In this document: in pieces, positions 1 through 12,101 of the stretch | Position numbering within the stretch: the first letter of the stretch is position 1 | Layout of the letters: each line of letters opens with the position of its first letter | From: Pristiophorus japonicus | Lineage: Eukaryota | Direction: 5' to 3' | NCBI RefSeq assembly: GCF_044704955.1 | Contig: NC_091986.1 | Location: 187,922,001-187,986,000 of the forward strand | DNA: 64,000 bases | Translations under genes and position numbers: made by a program | Notes under the pieces: generated by a model | Told to the model about the DNA's origin: nothing | The model's input: only the letters and a program-made list of their open reading frames with translations | The model's database searches: none

Positions 1-655
1 AGAGATAGAGAGAGAGAGGGAGGGAGAGAGAGAGGGGGGGGCGTCGGGTCGGGGAACAGGAGCGCGGGTCGGGTCAGTCGGGGGGGGGGAGCGGGTCTCG
101 GGTCGGGGCGGGGGGGGAGCGGGTGTCGGGTCTCGGGGCGGGGAGGGGGGGGAGTGGGTGTCGGGTCTCGGGGCGGGGCGGGGGGGGAGCGGGTGTCGGG
201 TCGGGGCGGGGGTGGGGAGCGGGTGTCGGGTCGGGGGGGGGGAGCGGGTGTCGGGTCGGAGCGGGTGTCGGGTCGGGTCTGGTCGGCGGGCGGGGGTGGG
301 GGGGTGGGTGGAGCGAGTGTCGGATCTGGTCAGGCGGGGAGCAGGAGCTGGCCGTGGGAGGAGCCCCAGTGAGGCCATTGGGCCAGGGCTAGGGGCTGCG
401 TGCTTCGGGCCCCTCCCACACAGTTCGGCGCCTGGAGCTACTGCACTTGCGTGCCGACTGTAGCGCATGTGCAGAGGTCCCGGCACTGTTTTCAGCGCCG
501 GGACCTGGCTCCGCCCCCCCACAGCTCGTGCTGACTGCGCCGAGGGCCAGAGGACCTGTTAGTAGGTGCAGAATATCGAGGATTTTTTTAGGCGCGAAAA
601 ATGGGCGCCCAGCTCAGAGGGGCGCCCGTTTGTTTTCTTGTGGAAACTTGGGCCC
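1..655 (-). mobile_element. GC-rich non-autonomous TIR element (Harbinger-like), runs off the window start
   Basis: Ends in GGAAACTTGGGCCC (642-655). Its reverse complement matches the left arm of the complete element at 48028 (gggcccaagtttc...ggcggagccaggtccc...gctgaaaacagtgccgggacctctgcacatgcg). Internal (gggtc)n and (ag)n low-complexity tracts explain the Gly/Arg-rich ORFs. Confidence 0.75.
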
Positions 656-1499
656 ATTGTCTGGACCAACACATGATGAAAGAACACTTCAGCGTGGTAA
701 CTGAAGTTCTCATATCTCCATGGAACCATGCTCCAACAGTCTTGTCCTCTTCCCCCAAAATGAATGGGCTATAGTGAAAGCTTTTCTTGCAATGTTGAGA
801 TCCTGTATGATATTGAATGGCAATATGAATGAATATGTATACAACACTGAGGATCGAACGAGAACCATGCCCAACAAAGGGTCCTGCTGATGTCCTCTTC
901 ACTCAACTGTTATCTCGTGTTCACGTAGAGTACTGCTTTCCTCCAGTTACGATGCATTTAGTCCATTAAGAGAGAAAAAAGTACCATCTTTTCTTTCATT
1001 GAGCATGCAAAGTATTTGATTATCTTCTGTCGAGATATCCTTACTCATTGTCTGTCACAGCTGCTTGTATGGGGCCCATTTAGCTACTTTCCCTTCGCTT
1101 GAGTGCCTATTCTGCAAGTACAACAACCTTTTATGTGCGTAGGTAGCATGCAAATTAGCCCCTAATTAGAACATCCTGTTTGAGTTCTAATTGTGTGCAT
1201 ACCATTGGAGGGGGGTGGGGAAACATTATCATCTGATTATAATTTACTTTGTTCTCGTAAGTACTTATAAAAGGACGTTGTACATAATATAAAATTATAA
1301 CTATGCGAATTATAACATATAACAAATGAGATGAACATGATTAAGTATATAAGCAAGAGTTGTACTTTGTCATGCAAAGATGTACAGGCACACATAATCT
1401 AGAAACAACCGCATATCCCTGAAGTAAGGAAGGCATGCTCGTGACTTTATCATCACAAGTAAAGTTGCAGAAGTCTTACTCAGGAGTTGTGCATGTATT

Positions 1500-3882
1500 A
1501 TTCAGAATATCTGGGACAAAATTAGTGTGAAGGAAATAGAGGGTGCGGAATTCCTAAAATGCATTCTAGAGAACTTTTTTAGCCAGTATGTAGCAAGTTC
1601 AACATGAGAGGGAGCGGTTCTGGATTTAGTTTTAGGGAATTAAGCTGGGCAGGTGAAGGGGTATCAGTGGGACAGCATAAGTGCTAGTGACCATAATTCA
1701 GTCAGATTTAAGGTAGTTATGCAAAAGACAAGGATAGACCAGGAATAAAAGTTTTAAATTGGGGAAAAGCCAACTTTGCTAGTCTGCGAAGTGATTTGAC
1801 TATAGTGGACTGGAAACAGCTACTTGAAGATAAATCAGTGTCAGAGCAGTGGGAGGCATTTAAGGAGAAGGTCCATAGGATTCAGGCTAAATATGTGCTC
1901 TTAAAGAAAAAGGATAGGACTGACAAATCTAGAGCCCCTGGATGTCGAGGGACATACAGGATAAGATAAAGAAAAAAAGTTAAACTTATGACAGATACGG
2001 AGGGCTAAATATTGCAGAATCTCTAGATAGAAAGTCCAGCAGCAAAATTAAAAAGGATATTAGGAAAGCAAAGAGAGAGCATGAAAAATTATTGGTAAGT
2101 AAAATCAAGGAAAACCCAAAGATGTTCTATAAATATATTAAGAGTAAGAAGATAGCTAAAGAAAGGGTAGGGCTTATTAGAGACTATGAGGGTAATCTGT
2201 GTGGACGCAGAAGATGTGGGTATGGTTCTAAATGAATACTTTGCAATTGTTTTCACAAAAGAGAGGGGTGATGCAGACACTACTATTGAGGAGAAGAAGT
2301 GTGAAATATTAGATGAAATAAATATAATGAGAGAGGAGGTATTAAATCACCAGGCCCGGATGAAATGTTTCCCAGGCTGCTAAGTGAAGCAAAAGAGGAA
2401 ATAGCAGAGGCTTTGACGATCATTTTCCAATCCTCTCTGGCTACAGGTGTGGTGCCAGAGGACTGGAGCGCTGCTAATGTGGTACCTTTGTTTAAGAAGG
2501 GAGAAAGGTATAGACCGAGTAATTACAGGCCAGTCAGCCTAACCTCAGTGGTGGGAAAATTATTGGAAAAACTCCTGAGGGACAGGATAAATCTTCACTT
2601 AGAAAGACACTGGTTAATCAAGGACCGTCAGCACGGATTTGTTAAGGGAAAATTGTGTCTGACTAACTTGATTGAATTTTTCGAGGAGGTAACCAGGAGG
2701 GTCGATGAGGGCAGTGTGTATGATGTTGTGTATATGGATTTTAGCAAAGCTTTTGATAAGGTCCCAAAAAGGTAAAAGCCCATGGAATCCAGGGCAAAGT
2801 GGCAAGTTGGATCCAGAATTGGCTCGGAGGCAGGAAGCAAAGGGGAATGGTTGATGGATGTTTTTGCGACTGGAAGGATGTTTCCAGCGGGGTTCCGCAG
2901 GACTCAGTATTGGTCCCTGCTTTTTGTGATTTACATCAATGATCTAGATTTGAATATAGGGGGTATGATTAAGAAGTTTGCAGATGATACTAAAATCGGC
3001 TGCGTGGTTGATAATGAAGAAGAAAGCTGTGGACTGCAGGAAGATATCAATCAATTGGTCAGGTGGATGGCAAATGGAATTTAATCCAGAGAAGTGTGAG
3101 GTAATGCATTTTGGGAGGGCTAACAAGGAAAGGGAATACACATTAAATGGTAGGACACTGAGAAGTGTAGAGGAACAAAGGGACCTTGAAGTGCATGTCC
3201 ACAGATCCCTGAAGGTAGCAGGACAGGTAGATAAGGTGGTTAAGAAGGCATACGGAATGCTTGCCTTTATTAGCCAAGGCATAGAATGCAAGAAGCAGGG
3301 GGGTTATGCTTGAACTGTATAAAACACTAGTTAGGCCACAGCTGGAGTACTGCGTGCAGTTCTGGTCACCGCATCCACAAGGAAGGATGTGATTGCACTG
3401 GAGAGGGTACAGCGGAGATTAGCAAGGATGTTGCCGGGAGTGAAGAATCTAAGCTATGAGGACAGATTAGATAGGCTGGGTTTGTTTTCATTGGAACAGA
3501 GGAGGCTGAGGGGAGACCTCATTGAGGTGTATAAAATGATGAGGGACTTAGATATAGTGGATAGAAAGGGCATATTTCCCTTAGCAGAGGAGTCAACAAC
3601 CAGGGGGCATAAATTTAATGTAATTGGTAGAAGGTTTAGAGGGAATTTGCGGGGAAATTTCTTCACGCAGAGAGTGGGTTGTGCCTGAAAGGGTGGTAGA
3701 GGCAGAAACCCTCACTACATTAAAAAAGTACTTGGATGTGCACCTGAAGTGCCATAACCTGCAGGGTTACAGACCAAGAGCTGGAAAGTGGGATTATGCT
3801 GGATAGCCTCTTGTTGGCAGGCATGGATACGATGGGCCGAAATAGCCTCCTTCTGTGCTGTAAACTTCTGTGATACTATGAT
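1500..3882 (+). mobile_element. CR1 LINE, 5'-truncated, frameshifted ORF2 (EN remnant plus RT)
   Basis: ORF fragments NYRPVSLTSVVGK, YMDFSKAFDKV, KFADDTK, QMEFNPEKCEVMHFG, RRLRGDLIEVYK; CR1 3' tail ttctgtgatactatgat. Confidence 0.92.
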
Positions 3883-3984
3883 CTGAGAGTTCTCCATTCT
3901 CCACACTGTCTTTATACTCTACCTGTGCCAATCTGCCAATAAAAGCTTCCATTTGACCATTTGGTTGTAATTAATTTAATGAAG

Positions 3985-4402
3985 AACATGCACCTTATAT
4001 AGCATCTTATCTCATCCTCAGGACATCCCAAAGCACTTCACATCCAATTAATTACCTTTGAAGTGTAAGTGCGGCAGCCAATTTGTTCATAACAAGCTCC
4101 TACACACTCAATGTCTGAGATAAATTATCACGTTTTGGTGTTGTTGGTTGAAATGTGGCCAGGATACTGGAAGAACTCCCCTGCTCTTCTTCAAATAGTA
4201 CCATGGCATCTTTTACATCCAACTGTAGGCAGACAGGGCCTCGATATAATATCTCATCTGAAAGACAGCATCTCTGACAATGCAGCTCTCCCGCAATACT
4301 GCACTGAGGTGTCAGCTTAGACTATGTGCTTAAGTCCTGAAGTGGAGCTTGAACCCACGACCTTCTGATTCAGAGAGTGCTACCAATGAGCTCAGCTGAC
4401 AC
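3985..4402 (-). mobile_element. Deu-domain tRNA-derived SINE (SacSINE1-like), diverged
   Basis: Reverse complement of the copy at 10607-11050 (ccatggcatcttttacatcc, gtgtcagc, cttgaacccacgaccttctga). Confidence 0.8.
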
Positions 4403-5060
4403 TTTCTTCCAATTAATTCTACATTAATGGTGTCGTAATGAGAGCCCTGATGATCTGAAGACACTTAGACACTTTGCAGGTTGTGTTTGGCTAGGTAGGC
4501 CTTGTGTTGGAGTGGTATCTCCACGATTAAAGTTTACTTAAGGATCCAAATGTGGATCACTTTTATTTTCCAGCCATTATTCATCATTTATTTTCCACCC
4601 CGCTCCCCTGAATTTTCTCTCCTCCTGAAGCCACTGACTGGTGGACAATGCCGCACATAATTGGTCATTCTTCATGTGAATCCTAGACAGTGAGTGTCAG
4701 CGGATTGTCGCCTCCTGCCCTAATCCGACAGTCACAAGCACACACCTTCCGAAAGGGGTCATAGGGTAATGATGTTGAACCTGCTCATTTTTTTCCTTCC
4801 TTAACTGAGGGGCAAAAAGGCCAATTCTGATGGCGTACTGCCACCCCGAATGAGCTCAAGTAACTTGGCACTTTCAGATCAGTTCCATACTCCTTTTTTA
4901 CATATAAATAGAATATGTAGCGGGGAACTGTGTGACAGCTGCTGATATTTCATTGCTAAGATTGCTTCGTAAATCGGTTCAGAGTTTTAGGAGTTAGCCT
5001 CATCAGTGAGGTATAACTAAATGTCATGAGCTGGATTTTCAGTTCTGCTCATTTTGGGGC

Positions 5061-5356
5061 TCTTATGTCTTTAGATGCTCTGATAATGACTCCATGAGGC
5101 AAAGTATTGTACTTGACCTTAGTCCATTTAATATAACTCCAAAGTGAGGATACCACATAGTGGACTCCCTTTTATACCTGGGTACCTGTGGTGTACAGGT
5201 GACCCCTGGGCCTCCACCAGTTGCACCCTCTGGTGGTGCCAGCATAGTGTATACAGTGTGAACCTTGTTGATGGTACCTCCGGTAAACAAGTCTCCATCT
5301 TATGCAACTATACAGTGACTACACAGAGAGTACATCTACAGTATGCATATATAACA
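5061..5356 (-). mobile_element. Solo LTR (probably Gypsy-type), 296 bp
   Basis: Termini t(c)ttat...ataaca (a TG...CA end with one substitution). Perfect 5-bp TSD GGGGC at 5056-5060 and 5357-5361. TATA-like (ttttata) and polyA-like (tttaat) signals read on the minus strand. Confidence 0.75.
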
Positions 5357-5906
5357 GGGGCGGTAATGGCGACAGGGCGGTAAGTTTGCGCCCGGGAACA
5401 GTTTGCGTCTCAGTCAGCAAAATTCAACAGCTGAGTCCTGAGTGTGCGACGGAGCGCACCTCTTTTAGGCTGGCTGAGCAACTGAAAATCCGTTGCGAAA
5501 CAGCCTTAAGAGAGGATTCTGTGGCAAAAAGAATCGCTCCTAAAAACACAACAAACATTCCCAATACCTTAAACACCCCGTAAAAAGCTAGATTGCAAAA
5601 ATAAAACTAAACAAAACAATCAAACTTAGCTCATTCACCAATTTCATCACTCACCGCTGCTGGGACAGTTCTGACCACCTGGTTTTCCAGGCGGTTCCAC
5701 CACGACGTGCTATGGACGCTACAGGTTCAGAGCACAATAAATTTCAAAGCACAGTTGAAACTGGCGGTGTTGCACACCAGCTTGACGCTCCCGGGCAGTG
5801 CTGCTCTGTTCCCCCACAAAACCGGCATCTCCTTTCCCGGCAGGACGCTGGGAGCTGGTCAGCTGCCCGGAAACCATCGCCGCCTCCATTACTGCCCCTC
5901 CAGGAC

Positions 5907-7233
5907 ACGAACAGAACATAGAACATAAGAAATAGGTTCAGGAGTAGGCCTCTTGGCCCCTCGAGCCTGCTCCGCCATTCAATAAGATCATGGCTGATCT
6001 GATCACGGACTCAGCTCCACTTACCTGCTCATTTCCCATAACCCTTTACTCCCTTATCTCTCAAAAATCTGTCTAACTCCGCCTTAAATATATTCAATGA
6101 CCCAGCCTCCACAGCTATCTGGGGCAGAGAATTCCACAGATTTAAAACCCTCTGAGAAAAGAAATTCCTCCTCATCTCAGTTTTAAATGGGTGGCCCCTT
6201 ATTCTGAGACTATGCCCCCTAGTTTTAGTTTCCCCTATGAGTGGAAATATCCTCTCTGCATCCACCTTGTCGAGCCCCCTCATTATCTTATATGTTTTGA
6301 TAAGGTCACCTCTCATTTTTCTGAACTCCAATGAGTATAGGCCCTACCTACTCAACCTATCTTCTTAAGTCAACCCCCTCATCTCCGGAATCAACCTAGT
6401 GAACCTTCTCTGAACAGCCTCCAATGTATATCCTTCCTTAAATACGGAGACCAAAACTGTATGCAGTACTCTAGGTGTGGCCTTACCAACATCCTGTACA
6501 GTTGTAGCAGGACTTCTCTGCATTTTTACTCTATCCCCCTTGCAATAAAGGCCAACATTCCATTTGCCTTCCTGATTACTTGCTGTACCTACATACTAAC
6601 TTTTTGTGTTTCATGCACAAGGACCCCCAGGTCCCGCTGTATTGCAGCACTTTGCACTTTTTCTCCATTTAAATTATAATTTGCTTTTCTATTTTTTCTG
6701 CCAATGTGGATAACCTCACATTTTCCCACATTATACTCCATCTGCCAATTTTTTGCCAATTCACTTAGCCTGTCTGTATCTCTTTGCAGATTTGTTGTGT
6801 CCTCCTCACAATTTGCTTTCCCACCCATCTTTGTATCATCAGCAAACTTGACTACATTACACTCGATCCCTTCATCCAAGTCACTAATATCGATTGTAAA
6901 TAGTTGAGGCCCCAGCACCGATCCCTGCGGCACCCCACTAGTTACCGTTTGCCAACCGGAAAATGACCCATTTATCCCGACTTTCTGTCTTTTGTTAGAT
7001 CGCCAATCCTCTATCCATGCAAATATATTACCCCCAACCCCGTGAACTTTTATCTTGTGCAGTAACCTTTTATGTGGCGCCTTCTGAAAATCCAAATACA
7101 CCACATCCACTGGCTCCCCCTTATCCACCCTGCTCATTACATCCTCAAAGAACTCCAGCAAATTTGTCAAACATGATTGCCCTTTCATAAAACCATGCTG
7201 GCTCTGCTTGATTGAATTATGCTTTTCCAAGTG
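5907..7233 (-). mobile_element. CR1 LINE 3' part (RT domain)
   Basis: ORF 6589-7269(-): SQHGFMKGQSCLTNLLEFF...[10 protein letters not shown]...KFADDTK; tail agaacataagaa at about 5910-5930. Confidence 0.93.
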
Positions 7234-7727
7234 TCGAGAGGCAGCAACATTGTGAAAATCCAGCCTCATACCTTTCCCCTTGTATGTCCTCTACATGCTC
7301 TTCACTTTGAATAGTCTGCAGTGAAATTAACTGTTCTTTAGAATTTCATAAAAGCCTCACTGACAGTAAATCTGTTCACTCTCTTTAGTGATTAAAGGAA
7401 ATCCTGTATTAATCTAAATCACCATGTAATCCAAAATGTGAAACCTGACTGATTCTTTTTCTTGCTCGAAGGGTGCTGAGACCTGTTGTAGCACCCCAGC
7501 CATTGCTGAAATCCGTTCATCCAGCACAGACTGGAGATTGAAGAGGTAGCTAGGCTGGGCTGTGTGTCAAACACCGAGACATTAGTATTGTATATCCTGA
7601 GGGTTGCTTTGCTATGAAAATTGAACAACCTCCCCTGGTGAAGTCACCAGCCCAGTGATTTCACAGCGATAATCTCAGCCTGGGGTCAGATGACAGCTAT
7701 AAATAATGCAGATATTGGGCTCATGGT

Positions 7728-8048
7728 TTAAGATGACATTCGGAATCCCTTCGTTACCACATCTGGAATAAAAAGCTTGTATCATAATGGTGACCATGAA
7801 ACTACTGGATTATTGTAAAAACCCATCTGGTTCATGAATGCTTTTTAGGGAAGGAAATCTGCTGTCCTTACCTGGTCTGGCCTACTTGTGACTCCAGACT
7901 AACAACCACGTGGTTAATTCTTAACTGCCCCCTGATGTGGCCTAGCAAGCCACTCAGTTGTTCAAGGGCAAATAGGAATGGGCAGTAATTGCCGGTCTTG
8001 CCAACAATGCCCACATACCAAGAACTAATAAATAAAAAATAATAAAAA
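7728..8048 (+). mobile_element. SINE combining the 5' region and 3' tail of the LINE family at 25765
   Basis: atggtgaccatgaaactactggatt...aaaaacccatctggttca...ccactcagttg matches 25915-26086; it then jumps to gggcaaataggaatgggcagtaattgccggtcttgcc and an A-rich end. Confidence 0.8.
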
Positions 8049-9703
8049 CACCACAATCAATCCTAAATATCCATTTTGTATAATACTATATTCAATAATC
8101 TTGTATCAAACGAGGCATTTCATATAATATTACTTTAATGGAAATGGCTGTTAGCTCAAATGAAGTGATTCTAGGTGTTATTTGTTAAAATATCAAATTA
8201 TTGATCCTCTGAATATATCTATCAATATAGAATATACTAAAAGTCTCTTAAACACTGTATCTGGCAGGGTCTTGCTTCCATAGGAGAGGAAGAAGGGGAA
8301 GGGGAATGGGAGGAGAAGACAGGAACAAGTAAGGAGAAAGAGTATGCAAGAGATCAGGGGCGAGAGGATCACTGACCAAGCATGAGCAGCAGAAGTGGCA
8401 AAGAAGCAACAGATCGTGCAGTGCAGAGTGACTGGACGTGATGAGGCAGTAGTACTTGACAGCAGTGACATAATGCAGAGAATAGAGATAGCAGCTTATG
8501 TGGTAAGGAGGAGGTGGGTGTATGGGGTGATGGGGCTAAAGCAGAGGGTGTGGGACAAAATGTGCAACTGTAGAGGCAGACATAAGGTGGTCAGAGCAAC
8601 TCTCCCTTCACACCGCCGTCACACATCCTGGCCAGTTCAATCACCCCACCCACAATTTGACAGCTCTTGGCAGCCCAATCCAAATTTATGCGCAAATGCT
8701 GCAGCAGGCGAGGAGCAGATGCGTGGTTAAATGCGGAAATCCAACAGTTGATGTCCGAAATGCACCGCTCCACAGTTAGCTTTGTGAACACAGCATCTCG
8801 CTGTCTGCCTCACCACTGACATGCATTGAATGGTGTGAAGTTGCTGTATTTGCACGATAGATACGAACTAAATTTGCCAGAGTTAATTCTTGCCCATTCC
8901 AGTCTAAGTACCCTTGAACTTCCCTGGCACAGAAAATTAACTATTTCAAGTGTGAAGTCTCATTCCTTCAGGTTTTTATTGTTGTTGGAGATTTTAAAAA
9001 GATATAGAATTGAAAATTATAAATTTTTAAAAACTTTTTCTTTCTGTCTTTTTTTTCGCTCCCTCTTAATCCAATCTTTCTTTCTCTCTTTTCTCTTTCT
9101 GCACCTGATGTGACAGTGAATTCACCCACTCTAATTTACTTCCTTCTCAGTCCTTCCGCTGTTAATTTCACAATCTGATTGGTTAAGAATATACACAGTC
9201 GCTTGCCTTGTTCACTCGGGTCCTTGATGCCCGGTTTCCCTCGCTCGCACTTTCAGCAACTTGCCACGCAAAACAAATTTTAAAACCTAAACGTGCAAGA
9301 GAAGTCTGCTTAACAGCAGATACCGTTAGATTCAGTCCTACCGCAAACGATGGCCTTTTGTGTCTAGCATATACTTCCTGTAAGTGTTACACTTTTCTTG
9401 TCATACTTTGTTGGTAACAGCCCAAATGTTATAAAAAAGCATATCCTTTGACTCGCTGTGATGAACACCACAGGTAATCAGCTAGTTTAAAAAAATATAT
9501 ACTAAATAGCTGTTGGAGAAATTCAGCCATTGACTGCAAACATCTCCAGTTTTGCTTCCAGTGGATAACATGATCTGGAGCCCTTGATAGGATTATTGCC
9601 TGGTAACTCGCTCACAGCTAGTGAGCATCTCCAGTGTATTTAAAGAGTTTATCATTGTATTTATGTTACCAAATGGCATACCCTATATATTATAATAGAC
9701 TAT

Positions 9704-10202
9704 AGGGTTGAAATTCGGAGGATTAGTGCCACCAATTAGCGCCCGAGCACCGGTGATGTCATCGAGTGTGCAACGTCCCTGGAGAGCCGCGGTCACAAAC
9801 TTGATTCCTTTCGCCTGCCGCTACTTCCGACAGGGAGAGCAGTCGGTCCATCGATAATCCCAGGGCGGTATCGTCTGGAGAGCAAGGTCTGACTTCTAAT
9901 TATCTGTGGCAGCAGTGGGGAAGGATGAGTGTAGGTCATTGAAATTTTCCACAAGATTTCTTCTCCTGCTTCAGGCGCGAGGATGCCGACATCCCAGCGC
10001 CAAAAAACTTGAGTAGGCCTCCTGCGCTATCGCTCTTTAACGTCCGAAGAGGAGTGTGGAACGCTTCACTTAGCACTTCACTCCCCTCGTGGGGCGAAAC
10101 AATTGAATATCATACTTTGAGGCGGTAGACATCGCCCGGCGCTACAGTTAGCGAGCAGCAGGTGCCACCACCTCAGGGCGGGCAGCACCGAATTTCGGCC
10201 CC
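9704..10202. mobile_element. Harbinger-like MITE
   Basis: TIRs agggttgaaattcgg / ccgaatttcggcccc; flanks TAT/TGT; CpG-rich interior. Confidence 0.7.
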
Positions 10203-10606
10203 TGTACACTTTAAATCAGTGGTTTCAAACTTTTCTGTGTGCAAATACCGGAAAATTGCAAGGGACCCTCTGAAACTATTGGCACATTCCTGGGGGACCC
10301 CTGCAAAGATTAATACACTCCTTCGTTCCAGCGTGCAAAAGGCAATACCAGCTACAAAAATTAAAACAGTGCTATCACGGCAAAAGCTTTTTTTATTAGC
10401 ATGCAGCAATATAAACAAAAGGCTAGCTAAGTTTAAAAAAAACAGAGAACTGTAGCATACAGAGTGCCAAGCCAGAGAGTTAGAAATCTGATGACCTCAT
10501 GGACATCCTGGACTGTCTTCTCCTCACCGAACCCCCACCCCCACCCCCCAAATATTTGTTGTTATTCTCATTTTTGTTTTGCTCTTGTTTCTTTCATTCT
10601 CTCGTT

Positions 10607-11050
10607 CTCTAGCCTCTGAGTCAGAAGGTTGTGAGTTCAAGTCCCACGCCGGGGACTTGAGCACATAATTCGAGGCTGACACTCCGGTGCAGTACTGAGG
10701 GAGTGCTGCACTGTCAGAGGTGCCATTTTTCGGATGAGATGTTAAACCGAGGCTCCGTCTGCCCTCTCAGGTGGATGTAAAAGATCCCATGGCACTATTT
10801 TGAAGAAGAGCAAGGGGAGTTATCCCCGGTGTCCTGCCCAATATTTATCCCTCAATCAACATCACAAAAACAGATTATCTGGTCATTATCACATTGCTGT
10901 TTGTGGGAGCTTGCTGTGAGCAAATTGGCTGCCACGTTTCCTGCATTACAACAGTGACTACTCTCCAAAAAAAAAAGTACTTCATTGTTTGTAAAGCGCT
11001 TTGAGACAGCCGGTGGTCGTGAAAGGTGCTGTATAACTACAGGTCTTTTT
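10607..11050 (+). mobile_element. Deu-domain tRNA-derived SINE (SacSINE1-like), near full length
   Basis: B-box gagttcaagtccc; central ggatgtaaaagatcccatggcactatttgaagaagagc...attgctgtttgtgggagcttgctgtg; L2-type tail aaaggtgctgtataa. Confidence 0.85.
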
Positions 11051-11101
11051 TTCTTTTTCTTTTGCTTGTTTCTTATCTTTATTTTTGTCTCTTGCGGCCT
11101 G

Positions 11102-12101
11102 AGGGGATCATTTTAGCTTTGGGTGATAGTGTAAAATGGGCGATATTAACTCAGCCGCTCGTTATAGGTCTCTTCCGGTTTTCATTTCCATTTGGAGTCA
11201 AATTAGGATTAATAATCGGGAGAGATGCATAACGGGCGGCTGAATCGATATCGCCGTCTCATACTATTGCCTAAAGTCAAAATTCCTCCCCGGTTCTTTT
11301 CTCATGGGGTTGGATACTGACATGACATTTGTAATATGGGCGATAGCCAATCGGCAGCTCGCTTTGCATCTCTCCCGATTTTGAGAAATAAAATCCGGGA
11401 GAGATGTAAAACGGGCGGCTGATTCGCGATTATCCATCAGCAGGCCGGGGCCATTGGTGAGAGCAGCGTGCGGTGGCCCAGCCCGGAAATCGGCGCGGTC
11501 CCAGCCTGCAAGACCATCAGCAGGCCGGGGCCGTTGGAGGGAGCAGCGTGCGGCGGCATACCACTGCAGGGAGCAGCGCGTGCTGCTGCAGGAGGGAGAC
11601 GGCTGCGAAGCCAGGTCGCTGACTGCAGTGCGGGCAGGCACAGCAGGAGGGGCGAAGGAGCGGCAAGAGTCCATAGAGGGAAGTGACCGGGGCCCAGGAG
11701 AGGTGTGAGTTCGGGGCCCAGTAGAGGCGAGGACCTAGGGGCAGCGCGGACCAGCCCACACTGCGATATGTGTGCGCACTAGGTCCGTGCAGCGGAGCTG
11801 GTCTCCAGTCATCTTGGGTAATCCTTGCCACTGGACCAAGACCTAGCTCTGTCAAGCCCGTGTGGTGGCTGGTGTGCAACGGCCACCACAAGTTTAAAAA
11901 AAATCCACACACAGGCATCTTCCACCCTTCAATATGTAGTTCGGGATCTGGAATATTAGTTCAGGATCTGGAACATTGAAACACCTGTGAATTCATCACT
12001 TTTTGGCATGGGAGCAAGTCATCCTCGCTTCGAGAGACTGCCTATGATGATGATGATGATGACCCATTTTACACTATCGCACTAAGTCAAAATTTACCCC
12101 G
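11102..12101. mobile_element. Harbinger-like MITE interrupted by an RTE-derived SINE
   Basis: Inverted termini including gatagtgtaaaatggg / cccattttacactatc; CTG duplicated at 11099-11101 and 12102-12104. Confidence 0.7.
11438..12062 (+). mobile_element. Bipartite non-autonomous RTE element (RTE 5'UTR joined to RTE 3' tail)
   Basis: 11790-11955 matches the 5'UTR and ORF start of the RTE at 57315-57480; the 3' end gcaagtcatcctcgcttcgagagactgcctat(gat)n matches the RTE tail at 58139-58190(-). Confidence 0.85.

Larger units (their letters stand above)
5028..7266. mobile_element. Harbinger-like non-autonomous TIR element containing a solo LTR and a CR1
   Basis: Left TIR gagctggattttc, right TIR gaaaatccagcct, CAT duplicated at 5025-5027 and 7267-7269. 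Interior shares tgagcaactgaa and gttgcacaccagc with 35126-35645. Confidence 0.75.

Noticed and set aside
123-463. Gly/Arg-rich ORFs here and Pro/Gly-rich ORFs at 48151-49140
   Set aside because: They are translations of low-complexity G/C repeats inside a non-autonomous TIR element.
11790-11851. Canonical HDV-like ribozyme
   Set aside because: No P1.1, P4 or J4/2 catalytic strand, and the putative P3 is not conserved in the 57.3-kb copy; kept only as a pseudoknot candidate.
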